Part shown: positions 29,701 to 39,800 of the stretch, piece after piece
Layout of the letters: every line of letters begins with the position of its first letter
How positions within the stretch are numbered: the stretch's first letter is position 1
Virus record (IMG/VR): IMGVR_UViG_3300046167_000801
Source: a virus
Taxonomy: Duplodnaviria > Caudoviricetes
DNA length: 64,000 nucleotides
Reading direction: 5' to 3' (one strand)
Made by a program: the position numbers and the translations under genes
Notes under the pieces: model-generated
The model's input: the letters and a program-made list of their open reading frames with translations, nothing else
Told to the model about the DNA's origin: nothing
Database searches by the model: none

Positions 29701-31464
29701 ACACCAATAGATAAATTACCTGACCTTCCTGACGATCCAAAAGTTAAACTAACACCCGACGGAACAATAGAACCACCTAAGGTAAAGAAACCACCTATTA
29801 ATGAAATGAAAAAAATTATCATGAAGACGTTGTCCGAGTGTTATTATTTCAAGGCATTAGAGGAGGATTCACCTGTTACATTTAAAAGTTTAACAGAAAA
29901 ACTAAAATACTTCCATCCCGCGTTTCACTCAACAACACCTGAAGGTTTGAATGCAAGGTTAACATTCCTTTTGCAATGTGTTAGACCTGGTGATACAATA
30001 CCACTTAAGGGTATTGCGGATAATAATGATATAAATGCGAGAAATACAAGTTTCGGTCCACCACCTATATGTGTGGTTAGAATTGGTGATTTTTATCATT
30101 CTAAGATTGCAATTAGAGATGTCAACATAAATTACGACGAAGGTGTATGGGATTTAAATCCTGAAGGTATTGGTGTACAACCAATGATTGCTAATGTGAC
30201 CCTACAGGTAAACTTTATTGGTGGACAAGGATTAGATAAACCAGTCGAAAGATTACAAAACGCACTATCATCTAATTTCTTTGCAAATACAGAAATGTAT
30301 GATCCAAGATCTATAGGTACAAGTAATATTGATGGAAAAGACCCTGAAGAATTTACAAAAGAGTTTTTAGAACAACTACAATCGGCGGGGTCCAATTCTC
30401 AAACACCTGATGGAGAACCATTAGAAGAAAATGAAATTAAACAAGGTGTTTATATTGGAGGATCGGGAGAGACACTTTCATATGGTGAGATCGTTAGTGG
30501 ATTAAATACAGATATAGAATCATATTTTAACACCTATAAGGAATCGTATAATACAATACTAAAACAATATGGACCACATATACATTCATTAGTGTTTTCA
30601 CCCGATTACAGAAAGATAAATAAGTACGATGTTAATACGTCAACCACTTCAACAAGGGAAATAACTATGTTTGGTGAGTTTGATAAAATAAGAACCTTAG
30701 ATCTTTTCTTAATAGAACTTAAAACAAAATTAGTAACGGCTATCGAATTAGAAGATGTTTCTACAATGTTTAAATTTCATAGATTTTTAAATAATCCTAA
30801 AATGGAGAGATCTAATGAGTTATTAAAACCAGCATTGAGGAAAATAGTTGAGGATAAGTTAGATTCTTTATTAGAAAACGAAGCAATTAAAAGTATAAAG
30901 GCGGCAAGAAATTTAGTTATAATTAATTTAGATAAAGTTAATTACTTAACAAAATATGTGAGTGATGGTATGATTGTAGAAGGTAATGCTACACAGGCAA
31001 ATCTTTCAGGTTTTACTTATGAATCGGTTTATTCTGAAATTGATCACATGATGGATTATTTTGACAAAAACTATGATAAGTTTGAGAAAAAATTAGACAC
31101 AACTTATAATTTTAACAGTCTTTCGGTAGATGTGGATACACTAAGTGAAATATTATCCTTATTATTAGGGGGGACACCTGAATCTATAGAAGATATAAAA
31201 AAGGTATATGAGGTGGATACAACATTATTCCCACCCAATATAAAAAATAAAATTGATAGAAAGGTCGATAAGTTTTTTGACGAAACAAAGGAGGAAAGAA
31301 TAAGACTTTCTAAGTGGAAACCAAAGAAAAACAGTTCTGATCTTAACTTTAATGTGATAGACACGGTACCAATTACTGATTCATCACAACAAGATACATT
31401 AACAAAAGTCCATTCAACTATAGGTGAACTTGGGTCTAAATTAAATCACTTTAAAAATGAGTAG
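26731..31464 (+). CDS. Large baseplate/tail-tube initiator-like protein with inserted OmpA-C-like domain
   Basis: Two gp48/gp54-like segments (WFPPYDIKVSE..W....LGRPEPIYTY; PPICVVRIGDF..K..I..V.INYD..W) flank YNVKLSARRAHSV. Confidence 0.55.
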   Translation: MPSNLDFDSTSQFRDSILNRTLQQPNGPQTFTSSAYSVESLSDHSNISQGDVDDNLNTYLSVPQNSNTFTTENFSTVDTLRNLTRIDDLGLYPEYFVQGSYSNLISIMTTDNYDNESRLMKFAARHIRENKQGPVLARITQNLVAATYGRVRLIDALEGNLATAVNIVTGKEGLIEKNFKVTVAKTIAGKAIDFLQTVAGVEFPWSEIPGDYLTNPRRPTVNRPEAQTGLGAIIQDVTGALGSLIGIQRRPKLSRKPSDLMIEYLGSGQKDILFDNLSYSTYAPNYTKTARSQQSSKLFTFIDKVGDAINDVLGMGAPRGVAYIGDDRGEDVKYAMGDFNDNIVRSSYYLSLMFDPVQTALFERQRSVVEGGQIGGRLTWYSSKSKNKLGESNLEYQVERSQLEESLSTKYGFRSDSILGKTQELLETMPSDGGAARSHVANAIDQTSRIFREGNVMMSRGSAVKYVDKFGEESGVEYCRVWTKDDPYMNMSDTMKRTGNIRKFDSSVMSKPWNLNMAPMSNGEGSFEGSTNIVESTFGDGYMAKKYMFSLENLAWKTSTLPGFTYTDLPFCERGPNGGRVMWFPPYDIKVSEQNNARWESNVFLGRPEPIYTYQSTERSGQISFKVVVDHPSILNLLVTKVFKGMSDEESDNYINAFFAGCEELDFYELIRTYTTLTKEDIGSIQKYLEADNPDKESITKYKVEVDDSEYETPDLSPIEQAPEKTLINLYFRNDFPKIGSSAVTSPNTYTDEYTTYVGNRGSATGTPADGTYMKDLVNGLDMVFTAPLTVNKKNDIENMFGKSEGITGSTSDYALVRDKIDKGFNRLVDNKTTYDSKLTSIKSRIEGGELKDVLIKIFTSTSSVADNNYNVKLSARRAHSVFIDVMKKIQKNSKDYGEDFSKVVPSSGVPSVSQTLGYTFEELGYEGIEGGLRIGYSANGETVSKEENLFGGGSVPVNCHKDEIRSNSALKRTAPVTFYCRHATVEMVETPIDKLPDLPDDPKVKLTPDGTIEPPKVKKPPINEMKKIIMKTLSECYYFKALEEDSPVTFKSLTEKLKYFHPAFHSTTPEGLNARLTFLLQCVRPGDTIPLKGIADNNDINARNTSFGPPPICVVRIGDFYHSKIAIRDVNINYDEGVWDLNPEGIGVQPMIANVTLQVNFIGGQGLDKPVERLQNALSSNFFANTEMYDPRSIGTSNIDGKDPEEFTKEFLEQLQSAGSNSQTPDGEPLEENEIKQGVYIGGSGETLSYGEIVSGLNTDIESYFNTYKESYNTILKQYGPHIHSLVFSPDYRKINKYDVNTSTTSTREITMFGEFDKIRTLDLFLIELKTKLVTAIELEDVSTMFKFHRFLNNPKMERSNELLKPALRKIVEDKLDSLLENEAIKSIKAARNLVIINLDKVNYLTKYVSDGMIVEGNATQANLSGFTYESVYSEIDHMMDYFDKNYDKFEKKLDTTYNFNSLSVDVDTLSEILSLLLGGTPESIEDIKKVYEVDTTLFPPNIKNKIDRKVDKFFDETKEERIRLSKWKPKKNSSDLNFNVIDTVPITDSSQQDTLTKVHSTIGELGSKLNHFKNE

Positions 31465-31784
31465 AAAATATTTCAATAGGTATGAGTTTTTTGAGGAAGA
31501 GGGAGATTTTAAAATAGTCCCTGGTATTGAGATACCAATTAGGTCTACAGACAAGTATGTACAATATAAGAAAGGGGAAAGATAGGTTTGATAAAATTTC
31601 TCAAGAATATTATAATACCCCCGTATTTGGTTGGTTAATATTACAGGCAAATCCATTAGCAGGAAGTATTGAATTTGAAGTACCAAATAATTTCACGTTA
31701 AGAATACCTTTCCCACTGGTTAGTGCTTTACAAGAATATAAAAAATCGGTAGAGTTGTACAACTTATATTATGGCGAAGAATGA
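31457..31784 (+). CDS. Baseplate wedge gp53/LysM-like protein (~108 aa), split by one extra G at 31574-31577
   Basis: The true ATG at 31457 overlaps the upstream stop. Removing one G from aaaGGGGaaa gives YVQYKKGKDRFDKISQEYYNTPVFGWLILQANP, the gp53-type R.D.....YY.....W.IL..N motif. Confidence 0.75.
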
Positions 31785-34700
31785 TACCACAAATAGTGAA
31801 AACATATTAGTTAAGGTTAATCAAAACAATCTTGTTTATATTGACCCTAATAGTGTTGTGTCTAATGGTATTATAGAACCGAGATCCACAAATCATGAAA
31901 ATTTAGTTTATTATATAAATTTAGAGGCGGACTTAGTTCCGAGAACTACACTTAACTCCAACAATGGGGGTGGTGGTCAACTAACCTCTGTAGCAAAAGG
32001 AACTCTTAATTTATTACAGAATAAAGACGGAGAATACCTTGATACAAAGTGGACAGATGTCTATACGGAACAACCCACAAAAGACCCTGAAAAAGAAGGT
32101 ATCTATGAACCTAATCATGATTCATCGGGACAATCTTTTGGAATGACAACTGTCAGTATAGAAGTAAAAGGTGTGAACTTTGTACCTGTAGTAAACATAA
32201 GTTTTGTGGATATAAGAGGTAAAACTCTTTTTGAATCACCTAAAAATTCACCATATAAATCTTTTTTTCACCTACCATGGCCAATATTTTATTTAACAGT
32301 AAAAGGTTTCTACGGTAAGGCGATAAGATACAGACTTCATTTAATTAATTTTAATACGTCATATAACGCGGGTAACGGTAACTTTGAAAGTACGGGTAAG
32401 TTCGTTGGATCAACATACGCATATCTTAATGATATTTCTTTAACATCTATCCTTAATGCACCTTACATGTATGGTATTGAAATACCTACTAAAAAAGAGA
32501 CGAACACAAAAACAGGGGAGTCAAAAGTCAAACTTTCAAAAACATCACGAGGTTATCAAACACTATTATCAGTATATCAAGAATATCGTAGAAAAGGTTT
32601 AATAACAATACCTGAAGGTATTAACCCGACATTAAGAGAACTTATACAAAAATCAAAAAATTTAGATAAGGAGTTAGAAAAGGCAATATTTGGTGATAAA
32701 GGTATTGTTGATATGAGACTATTTGGTTTGGTAAAGGAATTCGACGATGCGTTGGTAGAATTTGTTGGTGCGGTTAAAGCGTGGAAAACAAGATACCTAT
32801 CAGATGGGTCTATCACCCTTCCCAGATGAAAACGGAATAAAATACAACTACCTCAGTAAGGATCAATCAAATAAGACAACAAATATAATTGGACCTAAGA
32901 GTGGAACATTAGAATCAATCTTAAAAGTTAAAAGTGCGAAGATTAAAAAGATACAAAACTCGATAAGGGAATTACTTAAAAAATCAAGAAAAGAATTTAA
33001 AACCTTTAATGTTAGTGTAAAGAACCCATTAGTCGATATAAATTCATATTACTCTTCAACCGACCCAAAGTTGGGTGGTAAAATTGGTGTGGCCTACGAA
33101 TTAATAATAGATCACATAAATGAAATTATAACCTCATTTAATCAAGAAAAGAAAAAATTACAAGATAAGGTAGAGGAGAAAATGAACGAAATCGTTAAAA
33201 CCAACGGTAACGAAGGTTTAGGTTTCGAACCAACAATACGTAATGTTTTTGGTGTTGTTTTGGCAGGTGCAGATACTTACATAAGGTTAATGCAAAACGT
33301 ACATTTTCGAGCGTATAACGTAAGAGAAGAAAAGAAAAATATTTTAGTTGGATTTTCAGATGAAGCAACTTCCGAAGGTGCGGTTTATCCGTGGCCAGAA
33401 GTAAATAAGGTAAGTGACGATAAAAAGAAAATATTGGCATATCCTGCGGAGTTTGATCTGATACGAAAGTTGAGATCAGATAATCCTACGTTATGGCCTG
33501 AAGTTGAGTTCGTTGAAGAATACATGGCCGTATCCCAAAGAATTACAGATAATTTAGCGGAAAAGGAGAAGACTTTCGATAAGGTTAGTTTTGAGTTTGA
33601 AAATTCAGACCCTAATCAAAACGACCTAAAGAAGATTTCCGAAGTTAATAGTTTAACTGATGTTGTACCTTACTCGGATAAAACATTAGCATCTATGTTC
33701 TATGAAATTATAGAAAGATGTAAATATAGTATGTTGTTTGACAGTTTTAATACTGAAACATCGATAAAGGAACTTGCAGATTTAGAATTTAAAACCCTAC
33801 AATCTATGGTGGAAGGGGATTCGTTCGTTGTGGATATTCTAAAGGAAATCTCAACTTTCAGCCAATTAGAATCTAAACTTGAAAGTTTCTCACCTTTTGA
33901 AAGAAAACCATACTATGATGATGGGATTGCCACAGTACCTTATATTTCAGATAACATATACGAATCATTTAAGTTACAAGATTACTCTCCCGACGCATTA
34001 GAGTCGGCGGATATGAGTGAAGAGTATGAAAAATTAAAATCTAATTTAGTTGAATACTCTGTAGAAGAATATAGGACTAAAATATACCCTTTTAATTCTA
34101 CCACATATTTGGACTATATTAATAAGACTTCATTAACAAAGGACGATATTAATTTAAAGAACATTTATAAGGTTAATACAACTAAAGGACTTATACAAAC
34201 ACCCGTAAACCCCGAAGCATGGGTTCGTGATGATTTAAATGATCAAGGTAATTTCTTTAACATAAAATCATACTTAGATATAGGGGGTAATAACACTAAC
34301 ATTAGTTCTGTAATTAATACTCCTTATTTCCATAAATCATTATTTAATGATTTCTTTGGAACAAATAGTTCGGGTAAATATAAATCGTCCGCATACCTAC
34401 TTCTTAATTCACTACCATATCACGATTTAGACATGGAAATAGAGTTAGAAGAAGGTAAAAAAACAAGGATGTCAAACATCTTTAAAGAGATAAGTTCGAC
34501 ACACTTTATACCATATCACCTTATGGTGAAGTGGGGATCCATCTACCATAGATATAAAACATATGTATTAGATGGTATTGATATAATGAATGATGTTACT
34601 ACACCAATAGACGGTGGATTGTTTTTCGACATTAATCAGAATCAAACATTTTCAGGAATTACAAGAAATGATCAGACCGATATAGGTATACACCCTTATT

Positions 34701-37480
34701 ATTCGAGTGTGTACCACCAAGTTATTAATGGGTACCTTTATTATGATGTATCAGACACAACACCAACATCGTTTGAAAACACTATTACAAACGGTATTTT
34801 ACATATAGACTCATTCGAAAAGTTTGGTGGTTTTAAATATTATAATTCATTTGTTGATAATAGTAAGTTTGTTGGTGGTGAAAAAAGATACACTATTTTA
34901 CCATCTCACGGTACCGCACCAAGACTAGACGGTAGTTTAAATAATGGTTTTAACCCATACTCCACAGACTATAATATAACAGAACAGTATAATTTTAATG
35001 TCGATTGGACTTCTCCACATGGTGAAGAGTTCGCGTTTAGTGGAGTGACATTCCCACCATATAATCAATACGTAAGTAAAGACAACAATAACCAAAATCG
35101 TACAATAGGTGATAATAATAAAAAAGTTATAGACCTTATTGCAACATTCTCACCCGAAATATTAAATGAGTTTGAAGATGCGTTTATTAAGTTCTCTAGT
35201 GAGAAAGTTGATACGTATGAGTCACCAAAACAGTTTGAAACTGTACAATATGATAAATTTCAAGACTTGTTACATGATTTAGTTACGGTAGAAAAGAAGG
35301 ACGATGACGACTTAACAAATATCGGTAATCAGTTAGCAACAATAACCAATAGACAAATAGAACAACAAAAGTATGTCACTGATATAATGGTTAATTCTAA
35401 AAATTTGGTACAATTAACTTTATCAAATCCAAAAGAGTTAAACTTGAATGCAATTAGGACGTTCATTCCACAGAGTGTTAGGATGTATGAAAAGGGATAT
35501 GAATCATCACAGTTATCAAGTAACTTGAAGTTTATAGAATTATATCTCGGAGAAGACATGGACGGATATTATGAGGAATTCTTTCCGTTAAACGACATGG
35601 TCTTAAATGAAGAAAATATAATACACTATAGATCAATAATTCAAATTTATGCGGGATATAGAAAGAATGGGGGTGAGTTAAATAGGGATAGGTTTGTTAC
35701 ATATTTGAATGAATCAATTGCATTACCGTTTGAAGAAAGGGTAATTTCCTTTATCACTAGATTATTGGCTCAATTCCCTGGTTTAAAAAGACGTAAAGAT
35801 AAAAACAATAACTTAGGTGTATTGAGAACATTCGGTATGGATCCTTTAAAATTGGAAACATATAGTATGTTTAAACTCTTTAACGATAGGTGGTCTTCAG
35901 GAAATTCAATAGGACAAAGGTTACTAATGGAAGAGTTCTTATTTTTGGATAAGGCGAATAAAGATATTGGTGATGATTTGTTTTATGATGTAAAAAGACT
36001 TGAGGTTTTTGAAAAGGCGGAAAGTCAAAATTTAAAACTATACAATGTTATTTCTCAGATGTTATCAGGAAATAATTTAGATTTTAGGCCACTTCCAGCA
36101 TATGTTAATTTTTACGGTAACAGATCGGGTAAGACTAAAATAAAAAAATCTGAAGAGGTTGCATCGTTATTATTTGGTAAATTTTTAGATGTTGATGTTG
36201 AACATTCAACCCCTAAAATGATCGTTCAATACGTTGGTAAACCCTCATCTCATATTGACACATCAACAATTAGTGAAGAATATAAGTACAAGAATGATAC
36301 ATTTAATGTAGGTGATACAAACAATAATCCTGTATTAATAACCGAACCAAATTACTTTGAACAAGAAAATTTTAAAAATTCCAATAAAGTGGTTGCATTT
36401 GAGGTTAGTTTTGGTGATCAAAATCAAGGGATATTTAAATCAATTAGTTTAGACCAATCACAATTCAAAGAGACTTTTGAAAGTAATGTTGCGTTAGAGA
36501 ACACAGCAAGATCGGAATCAGGATCGGGGGTTGCACAAGTTAGTACAAATCTATACGACATATATAAGGTAAGATCTTATGAATGTACGGTAGAATGTAT
36601 GGGTAATGTCATGATTCAACCTACCATGTATTTCCAACTTAAAAATGTTCCTTTATTCGAGGGGGCATATTGGATTGTGGAGGTATCCCATAGAATAGAA
36701 AACAACCAAATTAAAACAAATTTTAAAGGAGTTAGGATGCCAAAGGCGAGTTTACCTGACCCAAAAGAATCCTTTACTGCATCATATAGAGTTATGTATG
36801 ATAAGATAATGAAAAGTGCGTTGGCTAAGATTAAATCACTAAATCAAACCGACACTACGGAAATCATATCAACATCTGAAGGTAATTTTAAGACCGATAG
36901 AGGTAATAAGATTATAGAGGGAGAAGAACTAATTAAAGAATCTGGTGTAACTAATTTGGGGGTACCATACAATGGTTATAAAAACATCTTGTCAATACAG
37001 AAAGTAAGATATAAGAATAAGACTTATTTTAGAAGTATCGTTACTAAATTCGATGGACCAACTAACCTAAACATGTCCTTACCCACACAGGTATCGTCAT
37101 CAATAACCGTTAATCCTAGTAAAGTTCCATTCACTGAGATAAACCAATCTAGTAATTATTTCTATAGATTGAACTTTTATTCTCCATACATGACAAAGAA
37201 AAACAATACAACACCGTCGCAAGTGTCAGATTATTTACTTACTTCTGCATCCACAGAATTCTTTAATCCAAAAAACGGTAGAAGAAAAACCATTGAAAGT
37301 TCATCCGTGTTAGACAATTCTGGAGGAGCCACAAGACAAATAACAGGACCCGCAGATCAGGGGGGTTCTAAATTGAATATTGGTGATGGTGCATTATACA
37401 GTGGAATTGCACTATCTAAACAACTAATGAAGGATTTAAAACTTCAAGAAGGTGACGTTATTTATTTTAATATCCTATAA
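31771..37480 (+). CDS. Baseplate hub protein, gp27/gpD-like (~1900 aa), split by one extra base near 32806-32823
   Basis: Track ORFs 31771..32829 and 32762..37480 differ by +1 and join on deleting one G or C (..PDENGIKYNY). Hub-like motif Y.CTVECMGNVMIQPTMYFQL..VPLFEGAYWI.EVSHRI occurs near the C-terminus. Confidence 0.6.
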
Positions 37481-37526
37481 AGAGGACAATTAGTAAAAAC
37501 TTGATATTTATAATAAAAAGAATATT

Positions 37527-37730
37527 ATGAGCAATATCAAAATAGGATCCGCAATTGACGGTTTTTTAAAAAACAAGACGGTTAAGAACCTCAATGAGGA
37601 AGGAACGGAACAAGAAGTTTGTGACATGAACACTGGTGAATGTTACACTATTAAAAGTAAAGATGGTCTTGTAGAAAGAATTAATAAAAAATATATTACC
37701 GAAGACGGTAGACAATTATTAAGAGATTAA
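37527..37730 (+). CDS. Small hypothetical late protein
   Basis: 67-aa ORF preceded by TATTTATA at 37505. Confidence 0.65.
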   Translation: MSNIKIGSAIDGFLKNKTVKNLNEEGTEQEVCDMNTGECYTIKSKDGLVERINKKYITEDGRQLLRD

Positions 37731-37733
37731 AAG

Positions 37734-38399
37734 ATGAATTTAGAAAAACAACTACACGAAGAATTAATGAGATACCGTAGTATTAATAAGTACGGTAAAA
37801 ATTTAATACAAGAACAAGAAGAACCTATAGATGATATTCCTGTAGAGGAACCTGTAGATGACATTCCTGCGGAAGAACCTGTTGGTGATGCCCCTGTAGA
37901 TGACATTCCTGCTGAGGGACCTGTAGATGATATTCCTGCGGAGGAACCAGTAGACGGTGGTATCGAACCAGACGTAGAAGAGGTAGATATTACAGATCTT
38001 GTTAACATGACTCAAAATATTAAAAACGATTTAGATTCGTCTAAAAGTGATAATGACCAAGTTATGGGTAAAATGGGTGACCTTTTTTCTAAATTAGATG
38101 ATTTAGAGAGTAAATTATCTCAAATGGATAACGTAATAACCAAAATAGATGGTTTAGAATCTAAGGTTGAGGACATGAAAGAACCTACACCTCAGGAAAG
38201 ACTTGAGATGAGGTCGTTGGATTCATACCCATTTAATCAGAATCCTTCTGAGTTTTTCTCACAGAAACAACTTGATATGAAAGCGAGTGGTAAAAATGAA
38301 TACGTCATAACCAAACAAGATGTGGCGGATTATAACCCAGGAGAAATGAGAGATTCATTCAACCAAGAAAAACCTGATGAAAATGAGGTTGAGTGGTAA
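37734..38399 (+). CDS. Acidic repeat / coiled-coil protein (possible scaffold or internal head protein)
   Basis: EPVDDIPAE-type 27-nt repeats at ~37820-37960, followed by a heptad segment LFSKLDDLESKLSQMD..KIDGLESKV. Confidence 0.65.
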   Translation: MNLEKQLHEELMRYRSINKYGKNLIQEQEEPIDDIPVEEPVDDIPAEEPVGDAPVDDIPAEGPVDDIPAEEPVDGGIEPDVEEVDITDLVNMTQNIKNDLDSSKSDNDQVMGKMGDLFSKLDDLESKLSQMDNVITKIDGLESKVEDMKEPTPQERLEMRSLDSYPFNQNPSEFFSQKQLDMKASGKNEYVITKQDVADYNPGEMRDSFNQEKPDENEVEW

Positions 38400-38748
38400 T
38401 GTAAAATTCTTTCTTGAAGTACAATCACAACTTAAAGTACTACATTGGCAAACTAAGAGTCACGCAAAACACATATCTTTTGGAGAGACTTATAATGTGT
38501 TAGATGGTCTTATAGATAATTTTGTCGAAATTGCGATGGGTATCTACGGTAGATTTAAATTAGAGGAAGAAGAAACACACATATCTATTCAAAACCTTTC
38601 TGATGTTGACGTACTTGGAATGATCAAGACTGTGAGGAGTAGTTTACAACAAATAGAAATAAATCCGAAAGACACAGATCTACTTAATATTAAAGACGAA
38701 ATGTTAGCTCAGATCAACAAACTATCTTATTTACTGACACTTAAGTAA
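38388..38748 (+). CDS. Ferritin/Dps-like four-helix protein (DUF5856-like)
   Basis: LKVLHWQTKSHAKH..FGETY..LDGLIDNFVE resembles the Dps HW..H..F...Y......D...E pattern. The track ORF is 38377..38748; the exact start is uncertain. Confidence 0.55.
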
Positions 38749-38775
38749 AAAATACTACATATAAAAAAATTAATA

Positions 38776-38818
38776 AAGTTCAAGGGGTTGACTCTTGGAC
38801 TTTTTTTGTGTATCTTTT
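38776..38818 (+). promoter_or_regulatory. Terminator hairpin overlapping a Bacteroidota-like promoter for the ssb-recA operon
   Basis: aaagttcaaggg-gttga-ctcttggacttt plus T-run; TTG (38788-90), 20-nt spacer, TATCTTTT (38811-18), one mismatch to TAnnTTTG. Confidence 0.55.
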
Positions 38819-38852
38819 TTATATAACATTAATAAATTAAAATTTAAAAATT

Positions 38853-39698
38853 ATGAGTTCAATCGACGCAATTCTTTCTCAGTATGAGAAAAACACGCAA
38901 CCAGCCGCAGGCGGCAACAGAATTTCCAGTGAGGAAAGACTTAAAAAGTACTTCACTACAATTCTTCCTAAAGGAACACAATCAGGACAAAAGAGAATTA
39001 GAATTCTCCCAACAACTGACGGTACAAGTCCGTTCCAAGAAATCGCATTCCATGAAGTACAAGTAGATGGGAAATGGTTAAAACTTTATGATCCATCACA
39101 AGATGGTGACGTATCTCCGTTAAACGAGGTAAGACAAAGTTTATTATCAACAGGAAGTGAGGATGACAAAATCTTGGCAAGAAATTATAGAGCAAAAAAA
39201 TTCTATATAGTCAAAGTTATCGATAGAGATAACGAACAAGATGGTCCAAAATTTTGGAGATTCAAACACAACTACAAAGGTGATGGTAATTTAGATAAAA
39301 TTATACCTATCATTAGAAGTAAAGGTGATATTACAGATGTTGTTGAAGGTAGAGATTTAATACTATCGTTAGCCGTAACTAAGGCAAACAATGGTAGAGA
39401 ATACACTACTATCAACTCAATTATTCAAGAAGATAAGTCAGGTTTACATACTGATCCTGAAGTAAGTAACGGATGGGTTAATGACCCACAAACATGGAGA
39501 GATGTTTACTCTGTTAAACCTCTTGAGTACTTACAATTGGTAGCATCAGGTGAAAACCCTGTTTGGGATAAAGACGCTAAGAAGTTTATATCTTCTATGG
39601 GTGGTGAGGAAACATTTGGAGGATCATCAATGACACCTAAGGTAGAAGTGGAAGATCCACAATCAACAACAAAAGTAGACGACAACCTACCATTTTAA
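38853..39698 (+). CDS. Single-stranded DNA-binding protein, T4 gp32-like
   Basis: RIRILP, FHEVQ, KFYIVKVIDR..E.DGPKFWRF, DITD..EGRDL, acidic C-terminal tail VDDNLPF. Confidence 0.8.
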   Translation: MSSIDAILSQYEKNTQPAAGGNRISSEERLKKYFTTILPKGTQSGQKRIRILPTTDGTSPFQEIAFHEVQVDGKWLKLYDPSQDGDVSPLNEVRQSLLSTGSEDDKILARNYRAKKFYIVKVIDRDNEQDGPKFWRFKHNYKGDGNLDKIIPIIRSKGDITDVVEGRDLILSLAVTKANNGREYTTINSIIQEDKSGLHTDPEVSNGWVNDPQTWRDVYSVKPLEYLQLVASGENPVWDKDAKKFISSMGGEETFGGSSMTPKVEVEDPQSTTKVDDNLPF

Positions 39699-39705
39699 TT
39701 AACAC

Positions 39706-39785
39706 GGACCCACCCAAAACAATTATTGATGGAAACATCTGGTGGAGTAAGAAAAACCGATTAGTCGGTCCCTACGGGTGGGTCC
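39706..39785 (+). ncRNA. Candidate structured cis-regulatory RNA (three-way junction) between ssb and recA
   Basis: Outer 10-bp stem GGACCCACCC/GGGTGGGTCC; inner hairpins GATG-GAAA-CATC and ACCGA-TTAG-TCGGT. Confidence 0.45.
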
Positions 39786-39800
39786 ATTTTAAAAAAGAAT

